A stretch of 64,000 nucleotides of DNA. Source: the human T2T-CHM13v2.0 reference genome, Homo sapiens. The notes under the pieces are model-generated. The model was given only the letters and a program-made list of their open reading frames with translations. It did no database searches and was not told the origin of the DNA. The stretch lies in NCBI RefSeq assembly GCF_009914755.1, contig NC_060937.1; one strand, given 5' to 3'. Below, in pieces: positions 16,034 to 27,975 of this stretch; within the stretch, counting starts at the first letter, position 1, and every line of letters begins with the position of its first letter. The position numbers were made by a program, and so were the translations under genes.

Positions 16034-17059
16034 TTTAAAGGAGGTTATTGGACTGGTCCAGCATAGACATGATCAACACTTGACCTCGTATAAGAGTAGT
16101 GAAACTGGAGGACAGGAGACAGATTCAAGAGCCATTTCAGTAAGATCTACAGGATGTGTACTTAGGATTGGATTTGACATTAGGTATAAAAGGGCTTTGG
16201 TTAATTCCAAGGCTTTTGGCTTCTGTAACTTGGTGGATGCTGGTGCCCTTTAGTAACATAGGGAAGAAAATATGTTTTGCTTTAGTCCCCGTTGGAAATA
16301 TGGATCGGGTGCTAGTAAGACAGGCAGTTGCTGGAGAAATGGGTTGAAAAGCATTTCTAAAGAGGTGCTTAAAAGTGTAGAAATGGATGAAAACTTCCAC
16401 CCTCACTTTGATTAGCGTACACTCCAACATGGTGGACTACTTGGCCAAAGATGACCCTCATTTGAGCAGTTTGCACAAGCCTGTCACACTAATCCTGATT
16501 CCTTAGGGGGATAACTTCCTGTGAGGAAAACTAGGTTTGTTTTGCAGCTGCATTTCATGTTTACATACAGTTTTTACAAGCTGTGTGGGCAGCCCAAGCA
16601 GCCTCAGGCAGGTGGTCCAGTTCCAATTCTGAACCATTGCAAAATGAGACTCTAGACTTCAAAAAAGTCAGGGAAAGGCAAGACCTGATCCAGAAGTCTG
16701 TGTCATCTAAGTTAGGCCGATAGTTCTGAGATGCACTTCTTTCTAATCATTAGCCAGTTTATCATAAAGTGGATCTAAAGTTGTGAGGGCCGTGTAAGAG
16801 CTACTCTTCCTGACAGCGTTGCTGAATGGTGGAGCCAGCCAGAAGGTTCTGAGGCATTAGAATATTTTCCTTTGGGTTTTTACAAGACAAGGAAGGCACC
16901 TACCTGCTTCAGGTGCCATATAGACTGTTGTATGTGCTTATTGGAGCCTGAAACTATGGTGTCTCCACTTATCCACAGGGCATGGCCTTCAAAGACGCTC
17001 TTTCCACATACAAGGTGTGGGTGTGGATTGACTCATGTTAACCCCCATATCAGAGGTGG

Positions 17060-17295
17060 TTTGGCAGAGGGGTTAGGAGACTAGACTCCACCTAACTCTC
17101 TAAATCCTGGCTCCACTGTTTATTCCCTCTGGGTTTGGGGCAAGTGGCCTAACCGCTTGGTGCCCACATTTTCCTATACATGATATAGGAACAATAACCG
17201 CACATAACTCAGATGATTAAATTAGATAATCTGTGTAGTGTGCTTAAAATAATACTTAGCACACTGTAAGCACTAAATGAATATTAGCTACCATA
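17060..17295 (+). mobile_element. MIR
   Basis: 'aaatcctggctccact...ttggggcaagtggcctaacc...gattaaattagataatctgtgtagtgtgcttaaaataatacttagcacactgtaagcactaaatgaatattagcta'. Confidence 0.75.
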
Positions 17296-17340
17296 ATGTT
17301 TTATACCAAGTTTGGGTTGATTGCCTATAGTGCAATGACT

Positions 17341-17398
17341 ATAGTAATATTTCACCATAGTGATATATTTCACCATAGTGATATATTTCACCATAGTA
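17341..17398. repeat. Minisatellite, 18-bp unit ATAGTGATATATTTCACC, about 3.2 copies
   Basis: Two perfect copies (17357-17374, 17375-17392), a 16-bp variant at 17341-17356 and a partial fourth copy. Confidence 0.92.
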
Positions 17399-18966
17399 AA
17401 ATAGCCAGGCCTGCCATGTTTTCAAAAAATTCTTTTTGAGGATTGCAAGACTTCTGAGACTCAGGAGTCTTTGTACATGGCCTTCACATTCTCAGTTAGA
17501 AATGTACCTACCTATAGGGCAAGTAGGACTTTGGTTGCGTGAGGACTGTGAAATGACAGGTCAATGTATTCATTTTCCAAAGTACTTTCATTTGGCACTT
17601 TCTCTATCACTAAAAGAAGATTAACACTTGACATGATAAGAAAGTTTGATCAACAAAAACCTGTGATCCAGCAGATAGGATAGAATAGAAAGTCACTTAA
17701 ATAGACTGGACATTTAACAAGGCTGACTTCCAGCAAAATGCTTGCTGATGACTCAGTTTATCTATAAAAGAAAAATCAGGCAGAGGCAAATCATGAAAGA
17801 AATGGATTAACAGTGTTAAAGATGAGATAGGAAGGAAAGGAATTAAAGGGAGAGATTGTAATGGTCAATAAGAATAAGGAATAGAATGACCCCAGCCTGA
17901 ATAATCTTATTTGATCATTGGTTGATATGCGGCTGATGGGAAAAGATTCAAAAGCAAAGAAAAAGAAGTCAAAAAGCAGACAAGTCTCTGTCTGTCTGGC
18001 TTTCAGTCTTTCCTTGGCAAAATGTGGGGGTTGAACAAAATGACCTCTATGGCTTCTTCCAGTGTTGCCATTGTGTAATAACACAATTCTGCCACGGAGA
18101 AAGAGAAGTCCGGGACTGGAGTTATGATACATGCACACACACAGAGCATCTATTCACGCGCAAGCATCACAGCTACTTATGATTTGACTCAATTATTAAA
18201 TTTTAATTTCACATCCCTCGTGTGTCGGTCATCCTTTCGTTTTATTTCTTCTCAGCTTTACTTCTCAGCAGTCATGATTTTAATCAGTTAGGAGCCGCAT
18301 GCTGGAAGACCTTTTCCACATAGCTTATTTTTTCATGCCCTCTTTGTCTCACTGTAGCAGTTAGAGGGAAAAACCCTGCAAATGAAATAAGACCAAGTGC
18401 TTGTGTTTAGAGGGGAACAAGAAGTGGGAAATATGGGGAGACTAGCTATCTGGCAGCCAGACCGGGGGGAAGAACACCTTCAGAGAAGACTGGGTAGTGT
18501 TAATTACTAAGAAGAGGAGAAAACAAGCTCTGTTTGAGGATATAAGGATAAAGAAAAGAAAATAGGACATAGGCCACTGGTCTAGTTTAAAACAGGGCTA
18601 TAAAGAGGCCTGACAATATGCAATGTAACATTATAAAAGAGTTCATTGTAAGCTTTAAAAATATTCCGAGAAAAATTGCCTTTGATAGTTTTGGGAAGCA
18701 GCCACTTATCAGAGACTGATGTTCTCTGGATTTGTATTCTGTTTGTTTGTTTTGTTTCATCTCAGACACATTTGGAAATTTCAGCTTTTTCATACACAAA
18801 GATTAACCAGTCAACCACTGGATGCTGAAAATTGTCCATTTCTAATTTTCTACTATTTTGAACTCATTTTTGCTTAAAGCTTTCCATTTATTTTATTTAA
18901 AAAACCTAGACAGATATGAGATAAAGTATTTGGAAACTGTAAAGCATACAAAAACTAAAAAGTGAG

Positions 18967-19477
18967 TGTGTTAGATTCCTATTGTAGCTTTAACAAATTG
19001 CCACAAATATCTTATGGTTCTGTCGGTTGGAAAGTTGTCTCGGGTCGTTGGAAATCTGACTCAGGTCTCACTGGGCTAACCCAAAATGTTGGCAGGACTG
19101 CATTCTTTCTGGAGACGCCAGGTGAGAATCGTTTCCTTGCCTTTTCCTGCTTCTGGGGGCTGCCTGTAGCCTTTGACTTGTTGCCCCCTCCCTCCATCTT
19201 CAAACAGCAACATTGCATCTCTTTGACCATTCTTCCACTGTCACATCTCTCCTTGACCACAGCCAAGGAAAGTGCTCCAATTTTAAGGACTCATGTGATT
19301 AGATGGGGCCAAGCTGGAGAATCCAGGATAACCTCTCCAGGATAATCTCTCCATCTCCATTTTTAACTTAATCACATCTGCCAAGTCTCTTTTGCCATGT
19401 ATGGTAAAATATCCACAGGTTCCAGAGATTAGGGCATGGACATCTTTGGGGGTGAAGGCATTATTCTGCCTTCCACA
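18967..19477 (-). mobile_element. MLT1D-like MaLR solo LTR
   Basis: TG...CA termini, perfect 5-bp TSD 'gtgag' (18962-18966 and 19478-19482); hallmark 'ttaacttaatcacatctgccaagtctcttttgccatgt...cacaggttccagagattagggcatggacatctttggggg...attattctgccttccaca'. Confidence 0.9.
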
Positions 19478-19709
19478 GTGAGTATTCAAATCACTCTATA
19501 TTAAAATGAAGAACAGTGGGTTTTTTTGTTTTTGTTTTTTTTTTTAAAGAATAAAGCCTATTGGATGCTAGATGGGCTATACAGAGTTTCTACTTAGAAT
19601 CCCAAAGTGTGCTTTTTATGGTCATTCTTAATACGGAGTGCACCTATTTCATATTCCTCCCTGAATTATTATTTACCCTTGGGTTATACACTGGGACAAC
19701 TTTCATTCC

Positions 19710-19712
<3 letters not shown>

Positions 19713-19760
<48 letters not shown>
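19713..19760. repeat. (CA)24 microsatellite
   Basis: Direct reading of the sequence. Confidence 0.97.
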
Positions 19761-19762
<2 letters not shown>

Positions 19763-19835
19763 ATTACAGTACAGACTTCCCCAGCTGTAGAGCACATTTC
19801 TTATCATCAAACACAGTGTTCGAAATCTGTCTGCT

Positions 19836-19998
19836 GAGCCAGGCATGGTGGTTCACACCGGTAATCCCAGCACTCTGGGAGGGCGGGCGGAGAGAATCAC
19901 TTGAGCCCAGGAGTTTGAGACCAGCCTGGGGAACATAGCAAGAACCTGTCTCTACAAAAAATAAAAATAAAATAAAAATAAAAGAAATAAAAAATAAA
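19836..19998 (+). mobile_element. FLAM-like Alu monomer with (AAAAT)n tail
   Basis: Left monomer 'ttgagcccaggagtttgagaccagcctggggaacatagcaagaacctgtctctac' followed by an A-rich tail. Confidence 0.9.
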
Positions 19999-20399
19999 TT
20001 TTTCTGCTAGAAACTTCCGCAGCAAGAAGTTAACAGAAGCTTATTTTCTAATTATCTGTGCACCATTATGTTAAAGCATGTAGCATGTGCTTTAAAGATA
20101 TTTACTAGAACAGTTCAATGTTTACTACAGAGAAATTCAGAAGTGTAAAGGAACCCCAGAATAGACCTGGAAGGCAGGACAATTGATTGTCCCACATTTT
20201 CCCCACTTGGGGAAAAGATTTGTAATGTGTCATTTCCAAAATACCTTCTTCGTATATCGTATTTTTCTGCAAAACATGTATTAATAAATTTATCATGATA
20301 TAAGCAATCCTTTTATTTTCAAATTATTCAAATCAGACACAAACCAGACCTAGCACATTTAGGTGTGTGGGGAGGGTGGGGGTAATTCTTTGACAATAT

Positions 20400-20770
20400 C
20401 CTCTGTTATTTCCATGTTTATTGATTTGTTTATTAAAGTTTGAGTCTCATTTTCATCCATTTCTATTTTCCAAGCAATTAATACACTGAAAAATTATTAT
20501 TATTATTATTATTGAGACAGGATCTTACTCTGTTGCCTAGGTTGGAGTGGAGTAGAGCTAATCACTGCTCACCGTAACCTTGAACTCCCCAGCCCAAATG
20601 TGACAAAAATTCTTTAAAACATTTTAGCATGGGTTTATTCAAAGTATTTTCTCATAAATAATTCACATTCACCATTCTTACTCCTAATTTTGGTTATTTG
20701 TGTCTTTTTTCTCTAAGAACTGGGCTAGCTAGTGACTTATTAACTTTCTCTTTTTTCTTATAGAAGTAGT
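20400..20770 (-). mobile_element. Old L1M fragment containing a truncated Alu right arm (about 20493-20598)
   Basis: T-rich L1-antisense-like 'ctcctaattttggttatttgtgtcttttttctct...ggctagctagtgacttattaacttt'; Alu piece '(att)n gagacaggatcttactctgttgcctaggttggagtg'. Confidence 0.5.
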
Positions 20771-23399
20771 ACTTAATACTTAGTAAGTAGTTATTTGACT
20801 TACTGCATAAAAGGAACATAATGATGAAATCCAGTCAAATATCCACCGATAATTGGAAAGAACTTCAGCAAGGAGTGAAATTAGGAGATAAACAGTCCAG
20901 GAAGATGCCGGTTGGGCACGAATGGCCCTGGTGGAAAAATGGGTATTCTGGGCTTAGCTATTTCCTCTAAAACAAAAGTGTATTGGGAAATAAGAATGTC
21001 TGGTTTAGAACTGAGTATGGTCATATCCAGTTTGATCTTTTTTTTTTTCCTTTTATCTCCTAACTCCTTTTCTTTGGCCACACCTCTCATCTTTTTTCAT
21101 GTATTGAGTCAATTGGAGCTACAAAAACAGTCAGTATAGAATGCCTACGTATTGCTACAACATATTCAACCTGAAGATTCTGTAGAATTGGTGATGGAAA
21201 GGAAGCACTTCAACGAAGTATACAGTGGGTGGGAGTGAAGAGCAGCAAATCTGAAGCATTTTAGAAATTCGAGACAACAACATTTTGATAAAAATCTTTT
21301 TAACCTTCAAAAAAGAACATGAATAACCCAAGGATTATGTAATTTCTTTTATGAATATCAAGGTCATTACTTCTTGCACAAACCTGTTAATGTTGTCTGA
21401 TTCAGATGAAACGCTGACTTTTTTTAAGCCATGAAAAGAGTTTGGTTTTTGTTCAAATAAAGCTTATAGAACTTTATTTATTTATTTATTTTTGGACTGG
21501 AAATGAAGTTTGGTTTTTACATGCAAGCCTTTGTTCTTCTGACATTTTGCTTTATGTGCACATAAGTTTTTAAAAAATCCTTTGTCCATCATGTGAATGC
21601 TAGTTAGATAGAATAAGTTTATTTTCTTAAAAGATTCCATCTTTGCCCACTATGTTTGGAGTCTATGTGGTCTATGATGACTTAGAAACATGTATCGACC
21701 CCCAACTCATCCCATGCTCCAAATATCATTGCTTCGGCTACAAAGATTTTAAAATCAGTTAATCATGGAAGTTAAAAACAAAGTGTGTGCATAAGTCTAC
21801 CAGCATCCAGCATCAGGACAAGTACCCATTTGGCAAGAGACATTCTTGAATGCAGGAAGATCATTTGAGGTATTCCTGATTTAATTATTTCCTTCTATTT
21901 TGAGATGAATTTTAATTTTGCAGCACTGTGGTTTTGTTTATACGTTTTCTGTGATTCGCAGATACAGTAAACAAGAAACCATTGTTTTATATATTTGACC
22001 AACAGGCCTTCTTATTCTGCTTATCCGTCAATCATCTTCAGTGTGTGATGGAAGAGGGTACAGTGTTGAACTCAAGCAGTGAGAAGTATTTGTCAAATAC
22101 TCCACTTGCATTATTCTGTCTAAGTCTCATCCTGGTTTTCTGATACGTGTTGCTATAATATTGATAACCATTGATCCAAAGTTCAGAACGTCAACAACAA
22201 CACTCATTACTGCTTAGTAAGCATCTACTAATCTACACAATCTCAAAGCTCCTGGATCCTTGACTGCTCCAGTCCTTCTCAGCCCACAGATGTTAGGGGA
22301 AGACCTGCAATCAAGTATGCAAAACTGTAACTATATGAGGACTTAAGTTCCATCTCAAACTCTCATTTTGCACTGGAGCAGAACAAGCTTATCTACATAC
22401 TTTCTGGTAAATGTACCTTATTCAGGATTTAAACGTAAGGTTCTGCCGCTTCTTCCTCCACTGAATGACATCTACGTTCCAGAAGCTGATAGGCATCACG
22501 TTGTCTGGGCAGAGACATAGACCAATATTAATCTCCTGTCCCTTGTTAGTGTCCACTTCTTCAGTCTTCTTTGATAAGGCCCAGTGTATATACTGTTGAA
22601 CGCCAAGGGGCTACATGGCTTCTAGCTCATGAAATTCACTCTGCACTTGTTGATGGGGTCCCGTCATCACAGCTGCAAGACCCGCGCAGTCTACAGCCCA
22701 CTCAAGGTCACAGAACTCCTGTGGGTGCTGGCCCGTAACTTGGGGCTGTAGCAGAGTCTCTCTGCTTAGATAAACGTGGCTGCCACTTGTACCCAATGGC
22801 ATCCACATTATCCTGGGCTTTCTCTGGGAAGCAAGGCTCATGTCTTTGCTGCTCCTGGAACCCCCAAACCTATTTGAGGTTTTTAAAATGTCCCCTCCTC
22901 AGGGCTTGAAACAGAATTGCATTGCAGAGAGCCTCCCCATCATCCAACCACAATACTCCTTTTCTTCTCCCTCTCAACTCTCTTTCCATGACCCCAGCTG
23001 CTCACACTTACATCCTTCAGGGAGAGAAAATGGACTATTCCACCGTTAGCATTCATTCCAAGCTTCGTGTTTATGGGACAAATTTATTTCCCTGGGTTGT
23101 TCAGACTCAGCCTTTTTGCTCCTCAAAAACACTTTTCTCACTCTAACACAAACAAAAACAAATACAATTTCTTTTATGAGCAAAAACTTTGGCTTTCAAA
23201 ACTACTGTTTTTTGTTACGGGTTTTCAGCATCGACTCTAGGAGTCAAAATACTGTTTTTCCCTTGGCTTCTATAAGCCAGTGAGCCTCACCCTCAGGGCT
23301 GGTGTCAAAGGTAAAAGGGATGATAAATAAAAGTGAGGTTTCCTGTGATGAAATACAAGCAGTTCAGTTTCAGAATAGTGTTCTGTTATAAATCCAGCA

Positions 23400-23580
23400 T
23401 CCCCTTTAATCCTTACAGCAACTGAACCAGATAAGCATTATCATTCCACATTTGTAGATAAGAAAATGGAAGTAATCTACTTAATTAAGGCAGCCAAATA
23501 GTCAGGTGGCAGACTCAGAAGACATATCCAGGCCCTGCTAACTCTAAATTTTTTTTACTTTTTTTGTCATGCTATCTAGT
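23400..23580 (-). mobile_element. MIR fragment
   Basis: 'tttaatccttacagcaact...agataagcattatcattccacatttgtagataagaaaatggaag'. Confidence 0.6.
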
Positions 23581-23857
23581 CTTTCTCCTTGAGATCTAGA
23601 AGGTGTTCATGTTCAAGAAACAGTGCCAAGGGCTATGATTATAAATCTCCATAAATGCGCCATTGACTGTTATCAGTACACAGTGGTTTGTTGTCATGCA
23701 GATAGACTCAGCTTTAGCAAAATTACCCATGTGTGTAATTCAGGAGCTTTATCCCATGCGTGTCTACACAGTAGATCTAGATTCATCACTGTTACGCACC
23801 ATGCACCAGAGAAGTTGTTTCCTGATATTTCTCTCCATTCACCACCAGCTTGCCCCA

Positions 23858-24263
23858 TGATATAGTTCGGATATCAAACCAAATCTCATGTTGAAATGTG
23901 ATCCCCAATGTTGGAGGTGAGGCCTAGTCAGAGGTGTTTGGGTCATGGGGGCGGATCCCTCGTGAACCTCCCCATGGTAATGAGTGAGTTCTCGCTCTAA
24001 GAGTTACTGTGAGATCTGATTGTTAAGAAGAGCTGGCACCTCCCTCCTCCTCTTTCTCTTGTCCCCTCTCTCACCATATGACATGCCTGCTCCTGATTCA
24101 CTTTCCACTGTAATTGGAAGCTTCCTGAGGCCTCGCCAGAAGCAGATACTGGTGCCATGCTTCTTGTACAGTCTGTAGAACCATGGGCCAAATAAACCTT
24201 TTTCTTTATAAATTATCCAGCCTTAGGTATTCCTTTATAACAACACAAAATGGACTTAACACA
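23858..24263 (+). mobile_element. MSTB-like MaLR solo LTR
   Basis: TG...CA termini; 'ccaaatctcatgttgaaatgtgatccccaatgttggaggtgaggcct', 'gaagcttcctgaggcctcgccagaagcagat', AATAAA; TSD cccca / ctcca. Confidence 0.9.
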
Positions 24264-24854
24264 CTCCACCATTGGCCAGAGGGAAGCCCCCTACCTTCTC
24301 TAACACCGTCTTTGACATTTTATTACATCATCCTCTGTGCCCTTGACTTTAATTCCTATCCCAGCATTTTCCACAGTTTCTGGCATATATTGGAAGTGAG
24401 TGTGCATATACGGATATGTTCAGATGGATAACATGTTTCTTTCATAAGCCTCCATTACTTTTTGAAACCAAATTGAAAAGACCTAAATTTAGCTTTCTGT
24501 TTTATGCATTATATATAAAAAACATAACTGAAAACAATCCTTTCACACTCTAGACATTTATGATCATTTACAAACTACAAACTACAAACTGAATAAGAAG
24601 AAATGCAGTGGTCCCTTTTAATTTGGAAATCCACTCTGTAGACGAAGACTAACTTAATATGACACAAACTAAAGTCTTTGCCAGCATGGATCTTTTTTCA
24701 TCCAAATTGTTAGAGTTCACAAAAACTTATTAATCTAGAAGCATCTACCAATGTAGCAAGAAAGACTGTATAAAGAATCAGGTGGTGGAAGGCCAGACTC
24801 CAGCTGTGTACTGAAATCTCACATCTGCCAAACCTGTGGATGATATAAAGTTAA

Positions 24855-25250
24855 CCATCTTTTCCCCACTGCTTGGAAATCCCACCTTTGTCATATGCGA
24901 TTTCTCCACATGTTTTTGTCTCTTTCTGGACTTTGTTCTTGTCCATTGATTTGTCTAATCCCACTAATTATAGTAGCTTGATAATATATTTTAATGTCTT
25001 GGAGGGCTGGTCTCTCCTCCTTACTCTTTTTTTTAGGAGTTTTGAGTATTTTTAAAACATTTGCTTTTCTATATGATACTTGGAAATAGCTTGCTGAGTT
25101 AAAAATATCCCACTGGCCTTTTAAGTGGGATTGTTATAAGTTTATAGATTATTTAAGGGAAGATGGAGATCTGTGTAATGCTGAATCTGTCTGTACAAGA
25201 AGAGGCTGTGTCTTTCCATTTATTCAAAACTTCTTTATGATTGTCAGGAG
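24855..25250 (-). mobile_element. Old L1M (L1ME-like) ORF2 fragment
   Basis: 'gtccattgatttgtctaatc...tatagtagcttgataatatattttaatgtcttgg...gggattgttataagtttatagattatttaagggaa...tctttccatttattca'. Confidence 0.7.
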
Positions 25251-26349
25251 AAATATAAAATATATATATTTCACACACATAAACATCGTGAACTTATTAC
25301 GTTGTATTATAATTTCTATTTATTTGTCATTTTCCTTGGATAAAGTATCAGCTCTTTCAGGGCAGCTCTTTATTAATTACTAAACCCCAACACCATGGGC
25401 CGTGCTAATGTGCAGTCAATTTCAATAAATAAACTGATGAAATAACTAAAATTAAACATGAATTTTCTGTGACCATCCCATCTAAATAAATATGAATGTG
25501 AGGCAGTAGAGGCACTTGTGTATAATTACCGTGCACCAGCTTTCAAAACCGAATCTTGCTCTAGCTCCTCCTAACTCTCACCCCAGAGTTCCCCACCAGA
25601 TGTTAAAGGCCAAACCAACCATTAAAAAGACAAGTGACACTCATGTCTCTATGTAAATAAAAATTGTGAAAGTACTTTAAGGGAGTTCCCCTTGAATATT
25701 TCTTTCCTTTAAGGGACAAAAGCAAATTGACTGCCAGCGAAGAGCCCTTTAGTCCATAAATTCTTCATAGCAAAGGCACAGAAACTTGAAACAATGTCCT
25801 CAGTGCTCTCCCTTTTGTCTGTGGCAATAGAATGGGGATTCTGTACTCCAACAGCTCCTTAGGGGAAAACATCAACACTCCAAAATTTAAACTCCACATA
25901 GCTGCATTCAGGGAATGAAAGCCAGACCTGTCGCTGTTCCCAGGACAGAGTGGCTATTGTGGAAAATTGCCCTTTTTAAGAACTTTTGGTGTCCAGGCTC
26001 CTGTATGGAGCAGCCTAGATAATATCCCTGCCTTCCCGGCTATGGTCCACCTCCAGATGCCAGCATGGGGGATAAATGTCCACGAGGGTTCTGTCTACCA
26101 ATGCAAACCTCTTGAGTTTCTGTCTTCAGAAGTGAGGGCCATAGAATAAGAATGAAAATGGACCTTGGTCCTGCTGAGGGGGAAAAACAAGTTGGAATGG
26201 AAGGCCGCTACTTCCAACTTAAGCAAAGTTGGAATAGATACTTCCAAAGGTATTGGGCTGACCCCAGATACGTAATGGAATTTTGTAGCATACTTTATTT
26301 TGCATTTTTGCAACCAGGTGTTGATAATTACATGTGTAATTATTCAACC

Positions 26350-26490
26350 TCTTTACTTTATGTATCAAGAAGCTGAGACACAGGGAATGTAAATAACTCA
26401 TTAGTAATTACATAGCTAGTTAGAGACATAGCTGGGTTGAGAGCTTAGGTGTTCAAGCAAAGAGTCTAATTTTCTTGATTCCGTTACATT
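26350..26490 (-). mobile_element. MIR fragment
   Basis: 'aagaagctgagacacagggaatgtaaataact...catagctagttagagacatagctgggttga'. Confidence 0.5.
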
Positions 26491-27099
26491 GCCATTATTT
26501 AATCCCAACACACCTTATATTTGAAAGCATGTTTTAATTAAAATTATTTGCCATTAAATTATATGAAACTAAATCCAGGCTTCCAAGTTTTACTATAAAT
26601 CTACTTTTAAAAAAAATTAGTACATCTCTAAAATGTTTTAAAAATGTATTTTAGCATACTCTTCCAACTTAAAGTACTTTGTATCAGAGTCAAGGGAGGT
26701 AGCAACTGTTGGTCCACACTATTAATACTTTAGGGAAATCTCACTTTATGCCTAGCACATGCATATCATTAAAAAATTGCAACTTAAAACTTTTGAAAAA
26801 CACCTGTGAAAAAGTATCTTTTTGACACTCTAGAGGTGACAGTGCAACTTTCCGCTACATTCATGAAATTTTTGACAAACTTAAGACAGTCTGGTAATTC
26901 ACTTTGGAAGTTTTTGGTGCCTGGTGCATGGAAGATTTTATTAGAGAATCTAAAATCATGTCAGATGTTACATAATAAACTTGTTGGCAAAAACTTAGCT
27001 TTGGTTTGCATTCTCCTATTATAAACACTGGAGTTAAGAATGAATACAAATATAAACGGCCAGTTGCATATCACGTTTCATGTAGGCATTCGAGATTTG

Positions 27100-27310
27100 T
27101 TCATTCATGATTTAATTAGCCATTTATTGATTTCAGTGTGTCAGATTCTGTGCTAGGCATAAGGAATTAGTGGTAAATAAAATAAAAATGATCCTTACCT
27201 TCACGAAGTTTACAGTACAATAAACTTCGGAAATTGTTACCAAAAAAATGGATTGTAATGGGGCTTGGGAATGTATAACAAAGAATGAGGAGAATATTTC
27301 TTAAGACCTG
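27100..27310 (-). mobile_element. L2 3' end
   Basis: 'tcattca...catttattga...gtgtgtcagattctgtgctaggc...gatccttaccttcacgaagtttacagt'. Confidence 0.65.
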
Positions 27311-27311
27311 A

Positions 27312-27590
27312 GGCTGGGAGCGGTGGCTCACGCCTGTAATCCCAGCACTTTGGGAGTCCGAGGCGGGCGGGTCACGAGCTCAGGAGATCAAGACCATCCT
27401 GGCTAACATGGTGAAACCCTGTCTCTACTAAAAATACAAAAAATTAGCCGGGCGTGGTGTCTGGCGCCTGTAGTCCCAGCTACTCAGGAGGCTAAGGCAG
27501 GAGAATGGCATGAACACGGGAGGCGGAGCTTGTAGTGAGCCGAGATCGCGCGACTGCACTCCAGCCTGGGGACAGACAGAGATTCCGTCT

Positions 27591-27622
<32 letters not shown>
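27312..27622 (+). mobile_element. AluY, full length
   Basis: AluY diagnostics 'gaccatcctggctaac', 'gaatggcatgaac', 'ggcggagcttg'; many intact CpGs; pure A-tail of about 31 nt; TSD aagacctga / aagacttga. Confidence 0.96.
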
Positions 27623-27625
<3 letters not shown>

Positions 27626-27655
27626 CTTGAAGGATGAATAAGAATTAGGAGGAGG

Positions 27656-27935
27656 GGCCAGGTGCGGTGGCCACGCCTGTAATCCCAGTACTTTGGGAGG
27701 CCGAGGCAGGAGGATTGCTTGAGGCCAGGAGTGTTAGACAAGCCTGGCCAACATAATGAAACCCTGTGTCTACTAAAAATACAAAAAATGAGCCGGGCGT
27801 GGTGGTAGGCTCCTGTAATCCCAGCTACTGGAGAGGCTGAGGCAGAAGAATCACTTGAACCTGCGAGGCGGAGGTTGCGGTGAGCCGAGATTGCTCCACC
27901 ACTCTCCAGCCTAGAAAACAGAGTGAGACTCTGCC

Positions 27936-27974
<39 letters not shown>

Positions 27975-27975
27975 A
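27656..27975 (+). mobile_element. Alu (older S/J type) with (TAAA)n tail
   Basis: Complete dimer; (TAAA)9 tail; flanking repeat 'aagaattagg'. Confidence 0.95.

Larger units (their letters stand above)
15108..16295 (-). mobile_element. L2 relic interrupted by a FLAM and an AluJ
   Basis: L2 terminus 'ttattcacttattgagcaaatattcactgagtac' and internal 'ttccaaggcttttggcttctgtaacttggtggatgctggtgccctttagtaacataggga'. Confidence 0.6.

Noticed and set aside
19322-19349. 14-bp tandem duplication (tccaggataacctc / tccaggataatctc) in the MLT1D LTR
   Set aside because: Ordinary slippage duplication within a neutral LTR; no functional implication visible.
20912-20960. Collagen-like Gly-X-Y run (GTN GPG GKM GIL GLA)
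   Set aside because: Only five triplets, the register breaks on both sides and there are no matching collagen-type exon boundaries; consistent with chance.
13418-25690. Isolated NF-kB consensus sites GGGAATTTCC (13418-13427) and GGGAGTTCCC (25681-25690)
   Set aside because: A few such 10-mers are expected by chance in 64 kb, and they are not clustered.
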